Shown here: positions 13,021 through 29,608 of the stretch, one piece after another
Position numbering within the stretch: the first letter of the stretch is position 1
Layout of the letters: the number at the start of each line of letters is the position of its first letter
Origin: Bugula neritina
Taxonomy: Eukaryota > Animalia > Bryozoa
Assembly: GCA_964035545.1 (NCBI GenBank)
Contig: CAXIUT010000097.1
Span: forward strand, 1 to 64,000
Direction: 5' to 3'
Length of the DNA: 64,000 bases
The notes under the pieces: model-generated
Seen by the model: the letters and a program-made list of their open reading frames with translations, nothing else
The model's database searches: none
Told to the model about the DNA's origin: nothing
Made by a program: the position numbers and the translations under genes

Positions 13021-16000
13021 ATACTGAAATACACTGCTACATACTGAAATATACTGCAAAATACTGCAACATACTAAAATACAATGTAACATATTGAAAT
13101 ACACTGCAACACATTGAAATATACTGCAAAATACTGAAATACACTGCTACATACTGAAATATACTGCGACACACTGCAACATACTGCAACATACTAAAAT
13201 ACACTGCAACATACTGAAATACACTGCAGAATACTGAAATACACTGTAACATACTGAAATATACTGCAAAAATACTGAAATACACTGCTACATACTGAAT
13301 TATACTGCAACACACTGCGACATACTGCAACATACTGAAATACACTGTAACATATTGAAATACACTGCAACACATTGAAATATACTGCAATGTACCGAAA
13401 TATATGGTAAACTACTGAAATATACTGTCACACATTGAAAAATACTGCAACATACTGAAATATACTGCGACACATTGCAATATACTGTAGCATACTGAAA
13501 TACGCTGTAGCACACTGAAATACACTGCAACTCACTGAAATATACTGCAAAATACTGGAATACACTGCTACATACTGAAATATACTGCGACACACTACAA
13601 CATACTGCAACATACTAAAGTATACTGCAACATACTGAAATACACTGTAAAATACTGAAATACACTATAACATACTGAAATATACTGCAACATACTGAAA
13701 TATACTGCTACATACTGAAATATACTGCCACACACTGCAACATACTGCAACATACCAGAACACACTGTAACATAATGAAATACACTGCAACACATTGAAA
13801 TATACTGCAAAATACTGAAATACACTGCTATATACTGAAATACACTGCAACACACTACAACATACTGCAACATACGAAAATATACTGCAACATACTGAAA
13901 TACACTGCAAAATACTGAAATACACTGTAACATACTGAAGTATACTGCAACATACTGAAATACACTGCTACATACTGAAATATACTGCAACACACAGCAA
14001 CATACTGCAACATACTAAAATACACTGTAACATATTGGAATACACTGCAACACATTGAAATATACTGTAAAATACTGAAATACACTGCTACATACTGAAA
14101 TATACTGCAACATACTGCAACATACTGAAATACACTGCAACACATTCAAATACACCGCAAAAAACTACAACATACTGAAATGCACTGTAACATATTGAAA
14201 TACACTGCAACGCATTAAAATATACTGCAATGTACTGAAATATATGGTAAACTACTTAAATATACTGTCACACATTGAAAAACTCTGCAACATACTGAAA
14301 TATACTGCGACACATTGCAATATACTGTAACATACTGAAATAGGCTGTAGCACACTGAAATACACTGCAACCCACTGAAATATACTGCAACATACTGAAA
14401 TACACTGTAACATATTGAAATATACTGCAACACACTGAAATATAGTGCTACATACTGAAATATACTGCAACATACTGCAACATAGTGAAATACACTGTAA
14501 CATACTGAAATACACTGCAACATACTACAACATATTTCAATACACTGCAACACATTGAAATATACTGCAACATACCTAAATATACAATAATATACTGAAA
14601 TATACTCTAACACATTGAAAAACACTGCAACATACTGAAATACACTGCAACACATTCAAATACACCGCAAAATACTACAACATACTGAAATATACTGCAA
14701 CACACTGCAATTTACTGCAACATACTAAAATACACTGCAACATACTGAAATACACTGCAAAATACTGAAATATACTGCAACACACTGCAACTTACTGCAA
14801 CATACTAAAATACACTGTAACATATTGAATTACACTGCAACACATTGAAATATACTGCAAAATACTGAAATACACTGCTACATACTGAAATATACTGCGA
14901 CACACTGCAACATACTGCAACATACTAAAATATACTGCAACACACTGAAATACACTGCAAAATACTGAAATACACTGTAACATACTGAAATATACTGCAA
15001 CATACTGAAATACACTGCTACATACTGAAATATACTGCAAAATACTGCAACATATTAAAATACAATGTAACATATTGAAATACACTGCAACACATTGAAA
15101 TATACTGCAAAATACTGAAATACACTGCTACATACTGAAATATACTGCGACACACTGCAACATACTGCAACATACTAAAATACACTGCAACATACTGAAA
15201 TACACTGCAGAATACTGAAATACACTGTAACATACTGAAATATACTGCAAAATACTGAAATACACTGCTACATACTGAATTATACTGCAACACACTGCGA
15301 CATACTGCAACATACTGAAATACACTGTAACATATTGAAATACACTGCAACACATTGAAATATACTGCAATGTACCGAAATATATGGTAAACTACTGAAA
15401 TATACTGTCACACATTGAAAAATACTGCAACATACTGAAATATACTGCGACACATTGCAATATACTGTAGCATACTGAAATACGCTGTAGCACACTGAAA
15501 TACACTGCAACTCACTGAAATATACTGCAAAATACTGGAATACACTGCTACATACTGAAATATACTGCGACACACTACAACATTCTGCAACATACTAAAG
15601 TATACTGCAACATACTGAAATACACTGTAAAATACTGAAATACACTATAACATACTGAAATATACTGCAACATACTGAAATATACTGCTACATACTGAAA
15701 TATACTGCCACACACTGCAACATACTGCAACATACCAGAACACACTGCAAAATACTGAAATACACTGTAACATACTGAAGTATACTGCAACATACTGAAA
15801 TACACTGCTACATACTGAAATATACTGCAACACACAGCAACATACTGCAACATACTAGAATACACTGTAACCTAATGAAATACACTGCAACACATTGAAA
15901 TATACTGCAAAATACTGAAATACACTGCTATATACTGAAATGTACTGCAACACACTACAACATACTGCAACATGCTAAAATATACTGTAAAATACTGAAA

Positions 16001-19000
16001 TACCCTGCAAAATACTGAAATACACTGTAACATACTGGAGTATACTGCAACATACTGAAATACACTTCTACATACTGAAATATGCTGCAACACACAGCAA
16101 CATACTGCAACATACTAAAATACACTGTAACATATTGGAATACACTGCAACACATTGAAATATACTGCAACACACCTAAATATACGGTAATATACCAAAA
16201 TATACTGTAACACATTTAAAAACACTGCAACCTACTGAAATACACTGCAACACACTGAAATACACTGCAAAAGACTGTAACACACTGAAATATACTGCAA
16301 CACACTGCAATTTACTGCAACATACTAAAATATACTGCAACATACTGAAATACACTGCAAAATACTGAAATATACTGCAACACACTGCAACTTACTGCAA
16401 CATACTAAAATACACTGTAACATATTGAATTACACTGCAACACATTGAAATATAGTGCAAAATACTGAAATACACTGCTACATACTGAAATATACTGCGA
16501 CACACTGCAACATACTGCAACATACTAAAATATACTGCAACATACTAAAATACACTGCAAAATACTGAAATACACTGTAACATACTGAAATATACTGCAA
16601 CATACTGAAATACACTGCTACATACTGAAATATACTGCAAAATACTGCAACATACTAAAATACAATGTAACATATTGAAATACACTGCAACACATTGAAA
16701 TATACTGCAAAATACTGAAATACACTGCTACATACTGAAATATACTGCGACACACTGCAACATACTGCAACATACTAAAATACACTGCAACATACTGAAA
16801 TACACTGCAGAATACTGAAATACACTGTAACATACTGAAATATACTGCAAAATACTGAAATACACTGCTACATACTGAATTATACTGCAACACACTGCGA
16901 CATACTGCAACATACTGAAATACACTGTAACATATTGAAATACACTGCAACACATTGAAATATACTGCAATGTACCGAAATATATGGTAAACTACTGAAA
17001 TATACTGTCACACATTGAAAAATACTGCAACATACTGAAATATACTGCGACACATTGCAATATACTGTAGCATACTGAAATACGCTGTAGCACACTGAAA
17101 TACACTGCAACTCACTGAAATATACTGCAAAATACTGGAATACACTGCTACATACTGAAATATACTGCGACACACTACAACATACTGCAACATACTAAAG
17201 TATACTGCAACATACTGAAATACACTGTAAAATACTGAAATACACTATAACATACTGAAATATACTGCAACATACTGAAATATACTGCTACATACTGAAA
17301 TATACTGCCACACACTGCAACATACTGCAACATACCAGAACACACTGTAACATAATGAAATACACTGCAACACATTGAAATATACTGCAAAATACTGAAA
17401 TACACTGCTATATACTGAAATACACTGCAACACACTACAACATACTGCAACATACGAAAATATACTGCAACATACTGAAATACACTGCAAAATACTGAAA
17501 TACACTGTAACATACTGAAGTATACTGCAACATACTGAAATACACTGCTACATACTTAAATAAACTGCAACACACAGCAACATACTGCAACATACTAAAA
17601 TACACTGTAACATATTGGAATAAACTGCAACACATTAATTATACTGCAAAATACTGAAATACACTGCTACATACTGAAATATACTGCAACATACTGCAAC
17701 ATACTGAAATACACTGCAACACATTCAAATACACCGCAAAATACTACAACATACTGAAATGCACTGTAACATATTGAAATACACTGCAACGCATCGAAAT
17801 ATACTGCAATGTACCGAAATATATTGTAAAGTACTGAAATATACTGTCACACATTGAAAAACACTGCAACATACTGAAATATACTGCGACACATTGCAAT
17901 ATACTGTAACATACTGAAATAGGCTGTAGCACACTGAAAGACACTGCAACATACTGAAATACACTGTAACATATTAAAATATACTGCAACATACTGAAAT
18001 ACACTGCAGAATACCGAAATACACTGTAACATACTGAAATATACTGCAAAATACTGAAATACATTGCTACATACTGAAATATACTGCAACATACTGCAAC
18101 ATACTGAAATACACTGTAACATACTGAAATACGCTGCTACATACTACAACATATTGAAAGACACTGCAACACAGTGAAATATACTGCAACATACCTAAAT
18201 ATACGGTAATATACCAAAATATACTGTAACACATTGAAAAATACTGCAACATACTGAAATACACTGCAACACACCTAAAAACACTGAAAATACTGTAACA
18301 CACTGAAATATACTGCAAAATACTGAAATACACTGCTACATACTGAAATATACTGCGACACACTGCAACATACTGCAACATACTAACGTAAACTGCAACA
18401 TACTGAAATACACTGTAAAAAACTGAAATACACTAGAACATACTGAAATATACTGCACCATACTGAAATATACTGCTACATACTGAAATATACTGCAACA
18501 CACTGCAACATACTGCAACATACTAGAATACACTGTAACATAATGAAATACACTGCAACACATTGAAATATACTGCAAAATACTGAAATACACTGCTATA
18601 TACTGAAATACACTGCAACACACTACAACATACTGCAACATACTAAAATATACTGCAACATACTGAAATACACTGCAAAATACTGAAATACACTGTAACA
18701 TACTGAAGTATACTGCAACATACTGAAATACACTGCTACATACTGAAATATACTGCAACACACAGCAACATACTGCAACATACTAAAATACACTGTAACA
18801 TATTGGAATACACTGCAACACATTGAAATATACTGTAAAATACTGAAATACACTGCTACATACTGAAATATACTGCAACATACTGCAACATACTGAAATA
18901 CACTGCAACACATTCAAATACACCGCAAAAAACTACAACATACTGAAATGCACTGTAACATATTGAAATACACTGCAACGCATTAAAATATACTGCAATG

Positions 19001-19891
19001 TACTGAAATATATGGTAAACTACTTAAATATACTGTCACACATTGAAAAACACTGCAACATACTGAAATATACTGCGACACATTGCAATATACTGTAACA
19101 TACTGAAATAGGCTGTAGATCACTGAAATACACTGCAACCCACTGAAATATACTGCAACATACTGAAATACACTGTAACATATTGAAATATACTGCAACA
19201 CACTGAAATATAGTGCTACATACTGAAATATACTGCAACATACTGCAACATAGTGAAATACACTGTAACATACTGAAATACACTGCAACATACTACAACA
19301 TATTGAAATACACTGCAACACATTGAAATATACTGCAACATACCTAAATATACGATAATATACTGAAATAAACTCTAACACATTGAAAAACACTGCAACA
19401 TACTGAAATACACTGCAACACATTCAAATACACCGCAAAATACTACAACATACTGAAATATACTGCAACACACTGCAATTTACTGCAACATACTAAAATA
19501 CACTGCAACATACTGAAATACACTGCAAAATACTGAAATATACTGCAACACACTGCAACTTACTGCAACATACTAAAATACACTGTAACATATTGAATTA
19601 CAGTGCAACACATTGAAATATACTGCAAAATACTGAAATACACTGCTACATACTGAAATATACTGCGACACACTGCAACATACTGCAACATACTAAAATA
19701 TACTGCAACATACTGAAATACACTGCAAAATACTGAAATACACTGTAACATACTGAAATATACTGCAACATACTGAAATACACTGCTACATACTGAAATA
19801 TACTGCAAAATACTGCAACATACTAAAATACAATGTAACATATTGAAATACACTGCAACACATTGAAATATACTGCAAAATACTGAAATAC

Positions 19892-19899
19892 ACTGCTAC
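19892..19899 (+). repeat. Left 8-bp target-site duplication ACTGCTAC
   Basis: Identical to 20435-20442. Confidence 0.93.
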
Positions 19900-19909
19900 C
19901 AGGGTTGGG

Positions 19910-20078
19910 GTAATTGTAATTTGTAATTGTAATTGGTTGTAATTAATTACATTTTTTCAAGTAATTGAATGTAATTTGTAATTGATGTATAAAAATGTAA
20001 TTGTAATTGTAATTGTAATTAATTACATATCTAATGTAATTGATTTTTACAATTACTTTATAATTACATGTCAATTAC
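19910..20078. repeat. Left subterminal GTAATT/AATTAC repeat cluster of the hAT element
   Basis: Many GTAATT hexamers, with the palindrome TGTAATTAATTACA at 19938-19951 and 20014-20027. Confidence 0.85.
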
Positions 20079-20276
20079 TTCAAACTTTGAAATCCTAAAA
20101 GTTTCATACTTTTCCTACCATGCCTACTAATAAATAACAAATTCAGATTAATTGTCAATGTGGTATAGTATCACTGTTGAGTGCAAAGGAGGTTCAGCAC
20201 TGTCAAAATTGCCCCTGCTAGTTGGACCCTAGAGGTGAAATTGCATAACTTTTATTTATCTCTTGCGAGAACAAAA

Positions 20277-20422
20277 GTAATTGTAATTGTAATTAATTAC
20301 ATTGCCATGTAATTGTAATTGTAATTAATTACATTACTATTTGACTGTAATTATAATTGTAATTGTAATTGACAAATTGTCATGTAATTGTAATTGTAAT
20401 TAATTACATTCACATGTAATTG
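20277..20422. repeat. Right subterminal GTAATT repeat cluster of the hAT element
   Basis: Three GTAATTGTAATTGTAATTAATTACAT modules, with the palindrome at 20288-20301, 20320-20333 and 20395-20408. Confidence 0.85.
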
Positions 20423-20434
20423 ACCCCAACCCTG

Positions 20435-20442
20435 ACTGCTAC
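20435..20442 (+). repeat. Right 8-bp target-site duplication ACTGCTAC
   Basis: Identical to 19892-19899. Confidence 0.93.
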
Positions 20443-23400
20443 ATACTGAAATATACTGCGACACACTGCAACATACTGCAACATACTAAAATACACTGCA
20501 ACATACTGAAATACACTGCAGAATACTGAAATACACTGTAACATACTGAAATATACTGCAAAACACTGAAATACACTGCTACATACTGAATTATACTGCA
20601 ACACACTGCGACATACTGCAACATACTGAAATACACTGCAACACATTGAAATATACTGCAATGTACCGAAATATATGGTAAACTACTGAAATATACTGTC
20701 ACACATTGAAAAATACTGCAACATACTGAAATATACTGCGACACATTGCAATATACTGTAGCATACTGAAATACGCTGTAGCACACTGAAATACACTGCA
20801 ACTCACTGAAATATACTGCAAAATACTGGAATACACTGCTACATACTGAAATATACTGCGACACACTACAACATGCTGCAACATACTAAAGTATACTGCA
20901 ACATACTGAAATACACTGTAAAATACTGAAATACACTATAACATACTGAAATATACTGCAACATACTGAAATATACTGCTACATACTGAAATATACTGCC
21001 ACACACTGCAACATACTGCAACATACCAGAACACACTGCAAAATACTGAAATACACTGTAACATACTGAAGTATACTGCAACATACTGAAATACACTGCT
21101 ACATACTGAAATATACTGCAACACACAGCAACATACTGCAACATACTAGAATACACTGTAACCTAATGAAATACACTGCAACACATTGAAATATACTGCA
21201 AAATACTGAAATACACTGCTATATACTGAAATGTACTGCAACACACTACAACATACTGCAACATGCTAAAATATACTGCAACATACTGAAATACACTGCA
21301 GAATACTGAAATACACTGTAACATACTGAAATACACTGCAAAATACTGAAATACACTGTAACATACTGGAATATACTGCAACATACTGAAATACACTGCT
21401 ACATACTGAAATATACTGCAAAATACTGCAACATACTAAAATACAATGTAACATATTGAAATACACTGCAACACATTGAAATATACTGCAAAATACTGAA
21501 ATACACTGCTACATACTGAAATATACTGCGACACACTGCAACATACTGCAACATACTAAAATACACTGCAACATACTGAAATACACTGCAGAATACTGAA
21601 ATACACTGTAACATACTGAAATATACTGCAAAATACTGAAATACACTGCTACATACTGAATTATACTGCAACACACTGCGACATACTGCAACATACTGAA
21701 ATACACTGTAACATATTGAAATACACTGCAACACATTGAAATATACTGCAATGTACCGAAATATATGGTAAACTACTGAAATATACTGTCACACATTGAA
21801 AAATACTGCAACATACTGAAATATACTGCGACACATTGCAATATACTGTAGCATACTGAAATACACTGCAACTCACTGAAATATACTGCAAAATACTGGA
21901 ATACACTGCTACATACTGAAATATACTGCGACACACAACAACATACTGCAACATACTAAAGTATACTGCAACATACTGAAATACACTGTAAAATACTGAA
22001 ATACACTATAACATACTGAAATATACTGCAACATACTGAAATATACTGCTACATACTGAAATATACTGCCACACACTGCAACATACTGCAACATACCAGA
22101 ACACACTGTAACATAATGAAATACACTGCAACACATTGAAATATACTGCAAAATACTGAAATACACTGCTATATACTGAAATACACTGCAACACACTACA
22201 ACATACTGCAACATACGAAAATATACTGCAACATACTGAAATACACTGCAAAATACTGAAATACACTGTAACATACTGAAGTATACTGCAACATACTGAA
22301 ATACACTGCTACATACTGAAATATACTGCAACACACAGCAACATACTGCAACATACTAAAATACACTGTAACATATTGGAATAAACTGCAACACATTAAT
22401 TATACTGCAAAATACTGAAATACACTGCTACATACTGAAATATACTGCAACATACTGCAACATACTGAAATACACTGCAACACATTCAAATACACCGCAA
22501 AATACTACAACATACTGAAATGCACTGTAACATATTGAAATACACTGCAACGCATTGAAATATGCTGCAATGTACCGAAATATATGGTAAAGTACTGAAA
22601 TATACTGTCACACATTGAAAAACACTGCAACATACTGAAATATACTGCGACACATTGCAATATACTGTAACATACTGAAATAGGCTGTAGCACACTGAAA
22701 TACACTGCAACTCACTGAAATATACTGCAACATACTGAAATACACTGTAACATATTAAAATATACTGCAACATACTGAAATATAGTGCTACATACTGAAA
22801 TATACTGCAACATACTGCAACATAGTGAAATACACTGTAACATACTGAAATACACTGCAACATACTACAACATATTGAAATACACTGCAACACATTGAAA
22901 TATACTGCAACATACCTAAATGTACGGTAATATACTGAAATATACTGTAACACATTGAAAAACACTGCAACATACTGAAATACACTGTAACATATTAAAA
23001 TATACTGCAACATACTGAAATACACTGCAGAATACCGAAATACACTGTAACATACTGAAATATACTGCAAAATACTGAAATACACTGCTACATACTGAAA
23101 TATACTGCGACACACTGCGACATACTGCAACATACTAAAATACACTGTAACATATTGAAATACACTGCAACACATTGAAATATACTGCAATGTACCGAAA
23201 TATATGGTAAACTACTGAAATATACTGTCACACATTGAAAAACACTGCAACATACTGAAATATACTGCGACACATTGCAATATACTGTAACATACTGAAA
23301 TATGCTGTAGCACACTGAAATACACTGCAACTCACTGAAATATACTGCAACATACTGAAACACACTGTAACATATTGAAATATACTGCAACATACTGAAA

Positions 23401-26400
23401 TACATTGCTACATACTGAAATATACTGCAACATACTGCAACATACTGAAATACACTGTAACATACTGAAATACGCTGCAACATACTACAACATATTGAAA
23501 GACACTGCAACACATTGAAATATACTGCAACATACCTAAATATACGGTAATATACCAAAATATACTGTAACACATTGAAAAATACTGCAACATACTGAAA
23601 TACACTGCAACACACCGAAAAACACTGAAAATACTGTAACACACTGAAATATACTGCAAAATACTGAAATACACTGCTACATACTGAAATACACTGCGAC
23701 ACACTGCAACATACTGCAACATACTAAAGTATACTGCAACATACTGAAATACACTGTAAAATACTGAAAGACACTATAACATACTGAAATATACTGCAAA
23801 ATACTGAAATACACTGCTATATACTGAAATACACTGCAACACACTACAACATACTGCAACATACGAAAATATACTGCAACATACTGAAATACACTGCAAA
23901 ATACTGAAATACACTGTAACATACTGAAGTATACTGCAACATACTGAAATACACTGCTACATACTGAAATATACTGCAACACACAGCAACATACTGCAAC
24001 ATACTAAAATACACTGTAACATATTGGAATAAACTGCAACACATTAATTATACTGCAAAATACTGAAATACACTGCTACATACTGAAATATACTGCAACA
24101 TACTGCAACATACTGAAATACACTGCAACACATTCAAATACACCGCAAAATACTACAACATACTGAAATGCACTGTAACATATTGAAATACACTGCAACG
24201 CATTGAAATATACTGCAATGTACCGAAATATATGGTAAAGTACTGAAATATACTGTCACACATTGAAAAACACTGCAACATACTGAAATATACTGCGACA
24301 CATTGCAATATACTGTAACATACTGAAATAGGCTGTAGCACACTGAAATACACTGCAACTCACTGAAATATACTGCAACATACTGAAATACACTGTAACA
24401 TATTAAAATATACTGCAACATACTGAAATATAGTGCTACATACTGAAATATACTGCAACATACTGCAACATAGTGAAATACACTGTAACATACTGAAATA
24501 CACTGCAACATACTACAACATATTGAAATACACTGCAACACATTGAAATATACTGCAACATACCTAAATATACGGTAATATACTGAAATATACTGTAACA
24601 CATTGAAAAACACTGCAACATACTGAAATACACTGCAACACATTCAAATACACCGCAAAATACTACAACATACTGAAATGCACTGTAACATATCGAAATA
24701 CACTGCAACACATTGAAATATACTGCAATGTACCAAAATATATGGTAAACTACTGAAATATACTGTCACACATTGAAAAATACTGCAACATACTGAAATA
24801 TACTGCGACACATTGCAATATACTGTAACATACTGAAATATGCTGTAGCACACTGAAAGACACTGCAACATACTGAAATACACTGTAACATATTAAAATA
24901 TACTGCAACATACTGAAATACACTGCAGAATACCGAAATACACTGTAACATACTGAAATATACTGCAAAATACTGAAATACACTGCTACATACTGAAATA
25001 TACTGCGACACACTGCGACATACTGCAACATACTAAAATACACTGTAACATATTGAAATACACTGCAACACATTGAAATATACTGCAATGTACCGAAATA
25101 TATGGTAAACTACTGAAATATACTGTCACACATTGAAAAATACTGCAACATACTGAAATATACTGCGACACATTGCAATATACTGTAACATACTCAAATA
25201 TGCTGTAGCACACTGAAATACACTGCAACTCACTGAAATATACTGCAACATACTGAAACACACTGTAACATATTGAAATATACTGCAACATACTGAAATA
25301 CATTGCTACATACTGAAATATACTGCAACATACTGCAACATACTGAAATACACTGTAACATACTGAAATACGCTGCAACATACTACAACATATTGAAAGA
25401 CACTGCAACACATTGAAATATACTGCAACATACCTAAATATACGGTAATATACCAAAATATACTGTAACACAGTGAAAAATACTGCAACATACTGAAATA
25501 CACTGCAACACACCGAAAAACACTGAAAATACTGTAACACACTGAAATATACTGCAAAATACTGAAATACACTGCTACATACTGAAATACACTGCGACAC
25601 ACTGCAACATACTGCAACATACTAAAGTATACTGCAACATACTGAAATACACTGTAAAATACTGAAATACACTATAACATACTGAAATATACTGCAACAT
25701 ACTGAAATATACTGCTACATACTGAAATATACTGCAACACACTGCAACATACTGCAACATACTAGAATACACTGTAACATAATGAAATACACTACAACAC
25801 ATTGAAATATACTGCAAAATACTGAAATACACTGCTATATACTGAAACACACTGCAACACACTACAACATACTGCAACATACTAAAATATACTGCAACAT
25901 ACTGAAATACACTGCAAAATACTGAAATACACTGTAACATACTGAAGTATACTGCAACATACTGAAATACACTGCTACATACTGAAATATACTGCAACAC
26001 ACAGCAACATACTGCAACATACTAAAATACACTGTAACATATTGGAATACACTGCAACACATTGAAATATACTGCAAAATACTGAAATACACTGCTACAT
26101 ACTGAAATATACTGCAACATACTGCAACATACTGAAATACACTGCAACACATTCAAATACACCGCAAAATACTACAACATACTGAAATGCACTGTAACAT
26201 ATTGAAATACACTGTAACATATTAAAATATACGGCAACATACTGAAATATACTGCGACACATTGCAATATACTGTAACATACTGAAATAGGCTAGAGCAC
26301 ACTGACATACACTGCAACTCACTGAAATATACTGCAACATACTGAAATACACTGTAACATATTGAAATATACTGCAACACACTGAAATATAGTGCTACAT

Positions 26401-29400
26401 ACTGAAATATACTGCTACATACTGAAATACACTGCAACATACTGCAACATACTGAAATACACTGCAACACATTGAAATATACTGCAACATACCTAAATAT
26501 ACGGTAATATACTGAAAAATACTGTAACACATTGAAAAACACTGCAACATACTGAAATACACTGCAACACATTCAAATACACCGCAAAATACTACAACAT
26601 ACTGAAATGCACTGTAACATATTGAAATACACTGCAACACATTGAAATATACTGCAATGTACCGAAATATATGGTAAACTACTGATATATACTGTCACAC
26701 ATTGAAAAATACTGCAACATACTGAAATTTACTGCGACACATTGCAATATACTGTAACATACTGAAATATGCTGTAGCACACTGAAATACACTGCAACAT
26801 ACTGAAATACACTGTAAATTATTAAAATATACTGCAACATACTGAAATACACTGCAGAATACCGAAATACACTGTAACATACTGAAATATACTGCAAAAT
26901 ACTGAAATACACTGCTACATACTGAAATTTACTGCGACACACTGAAATATAGTGCTACATACTGAAATATACTGCAACATACTGCAACATAGTGAAATAC
27001 ACTGTAACATACTGAAATACACTGCAACATACTACAACATATTTCAATACACTGCAACACATTGAAATATACTGCAACATACCTAAATATACGATAATAT
27101 ACTGAAATATACTCTAACACATTGAAAAACACTGCGACATACTGAAATACACTGCAACACATTCAAATACACCGCAAAATACTACAACATACTGAAATAT
27201 ACTGCAACACACTGCAATTTACTGCAACATACTAAAATACACTGCAACATACTGAAATACACTGCAAAATACTGAAATATACTGCAACACACTGCAACTT
27301 ACTGCAACATACTAAAATACACTGTAACATATTGAATTACACTGCAACACATTGAAATATACTGCAAAATACTGAAATACACTGCTACATACTGAAATAT
27401 ACTGCTACACACTGCAACATACTGCAACATACTAAAATATACTGCAACATACTGAAATACACTGCAAAATACTGAAATACACTGTAACATACTGAAGTAT
27501 ACTGCAACATACTGAAATACACTGCTACATACTGAAATATACTGCAAAATACTGCAACATACTAAAATACAATGTAACATATTGAAATACACTGCAACAC
27601 ATTGAAATATACTGCGACACATTGCAATATACTGTAACATACTCAAATATGCTGTAGCACACTGAAATACACTGCAACTCACTGAAATATACTGCAACAT
27701 ACTGAAACACACTGTAACATATTGAAATATACTGCAACATACTGAAATACATTGCTACATACTGAAATATACTGCAACATACTGCAACATACTGAAATAC
27801 ACTGTAACATACTGAAATACGCTGCAACATACTACAACATATTGAAAGACACTGCAACACATTGAAATATACTGCAACATACCTAAATATACGGTAATAT
27901 ACCAAAATATACTGTAACACATTGAAAAATACTGCAACATACTGAAATACACTGCTACATACTGAATTATACTGCAACACACTGCGACATACTGCAACAT
28001 ACTGAAATACACCGTAACATATTGAAATACACTGCAACACATTGAAATATACTGCAATGTACCGAAATATATGGTAAACTACTGAAATATACTGTCACAC
28101 ATTGAAAAATACTGCAACATACTGAAATATACTGCGACACATTGCAATATACTGTAGCATACTGAAATACGCTGTAGCACACTGAAATACACTGCAACTC
28201 ACTGAAATATACTGCAAAATACTGGAATACACTGCTACATACTGAAATATACTGCGACACACTACAACATGCTGCAACATACTAAAGTATACTGCAACAT
28301 ACTGAAATACACTGTAAAATACTGAAATACACTATAACATACTGAAATATACTGCAACATACTGAAATATACTGCTACATACTGAAATATACTGCCACAC
28401 ACTGCAACATACTGCAACATACCAGAACACACTGCAAAATACTGAAATACACTGTAACATACTGAAGTATACTGCAACATACTGAAATACACTGCTACAT
28501 ACTGAAATATACTGCAACACACAGCAACATACTGCAACATACTAAAATACACTGTAACATATTGGAATACACTGCAACACATTAATTATACTGCAAAATA
28601 CTGAAATACACTGCTACATACTGAAATATACTGCAACATACTGCAACATACTGAAATACACTGCAACACATTCAAATACACCGCAAAATACTACAACATA
28701 CTGAAATGCACTGTAACATATTGAAATACACTGCAACGCATTGAAATATACTGCAATGTACCGAAATATATGGTAAACTATTGAAATATACTGTCACACA
28801 TTGAAAAACACTGCAACATACTGAAATATACTGCGACACATTGCAATATACTGTAACATACTGAAATATACTGCGATACACTGCAACATACTGCAACATA
28901 CTAAAATATACTGCAACATACTGAAATACACTGCAAAATACTGAAATACACTGCTACATACTGAAATATACTGCGACACACTGCAACATACTGCAACATA
29001 CTAAAATATACTGCAACATACTGAAATACACTGCAAAATACTGAAATACACTGTAACATACTGAAATATACTGCAACATACTGAAGTACACTCCTACATA
29101 CTGAAATATACTGCAACTCACTGCAACATACTGCAACATACTAAATTACACTGTAACATATTGAAATACACTGCAACACATTGAAATATACTGCAAAATA
29201 CTGAAATACACTGCAACATACTACAACATATTGAAAGACACTGCAACACATTGAAATATACTGCAACATACCTAAATATCCGGTAATATACCAAAATATA
29301 CTGTAACACATTGAAAAATACTGCAACATACTGAAATACACTGCAACACACCGAAAAACACTGAAAATACTGTAACACACTGAAATATACTGCAAAATAC

Positions 29401-29608
29401 TGAAATACACTGCTACATACTGAAATACACTGCGACACACTGCAACATACTGCAACATACTAAAGTATACTGCAACATACTGAAATTCACTGTAAAATAC
29501 TGAAATACACTATAACATACTGAAATATACTGCAACACACTGCAACATACTGCAACATACTAGAATACACTGTAACATAATGAAATACACTACAACACAT
29601 TGAAATAG

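Larger units (their letters stand above)
1007..19899 (+). repeat. Satellite array, 10-bp unit / 20-bp dimer (ACTGCAACAT-ACTGAAATA(C/T)), with higher-order blocks
   Basis: Continuous tandem decamers with a strongly A/C-rich, G-poor + strand and very few indels. Confidence 0.98.
19900..20434. mobile_element. Non-autonomous hAT-superfamily DNA transposon (MITE-like), 535 bp
   Basis: Perfect 12-bp TIRs CAGGGTTGGGGT (19900-19911) and ACCCCAACCCTG (20423-20434). 8-bp TSD ACTGCTAC at 19892-19899 and 20435-20442. GTAATT-rich subterminal repeats and no ORF. The paralogous empty site at 4245-4252 has one ACTGCTAC, and the offset changes from 15647 to 16190, which equals 535+8. Confidence 0.93.

Noticed and set aside
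20079-20276. Coding remnant or small RNA gene inside the hAT element
   Set aside because: There is no ORF of 60 aa or more, no recognisable transposase motif, and no tRNA or Pol III box pattern that I can support.
22573-22589. CENP-B box
   Set aside because: It is 17 bp long but does not match the TTCG....A..CGGG core.
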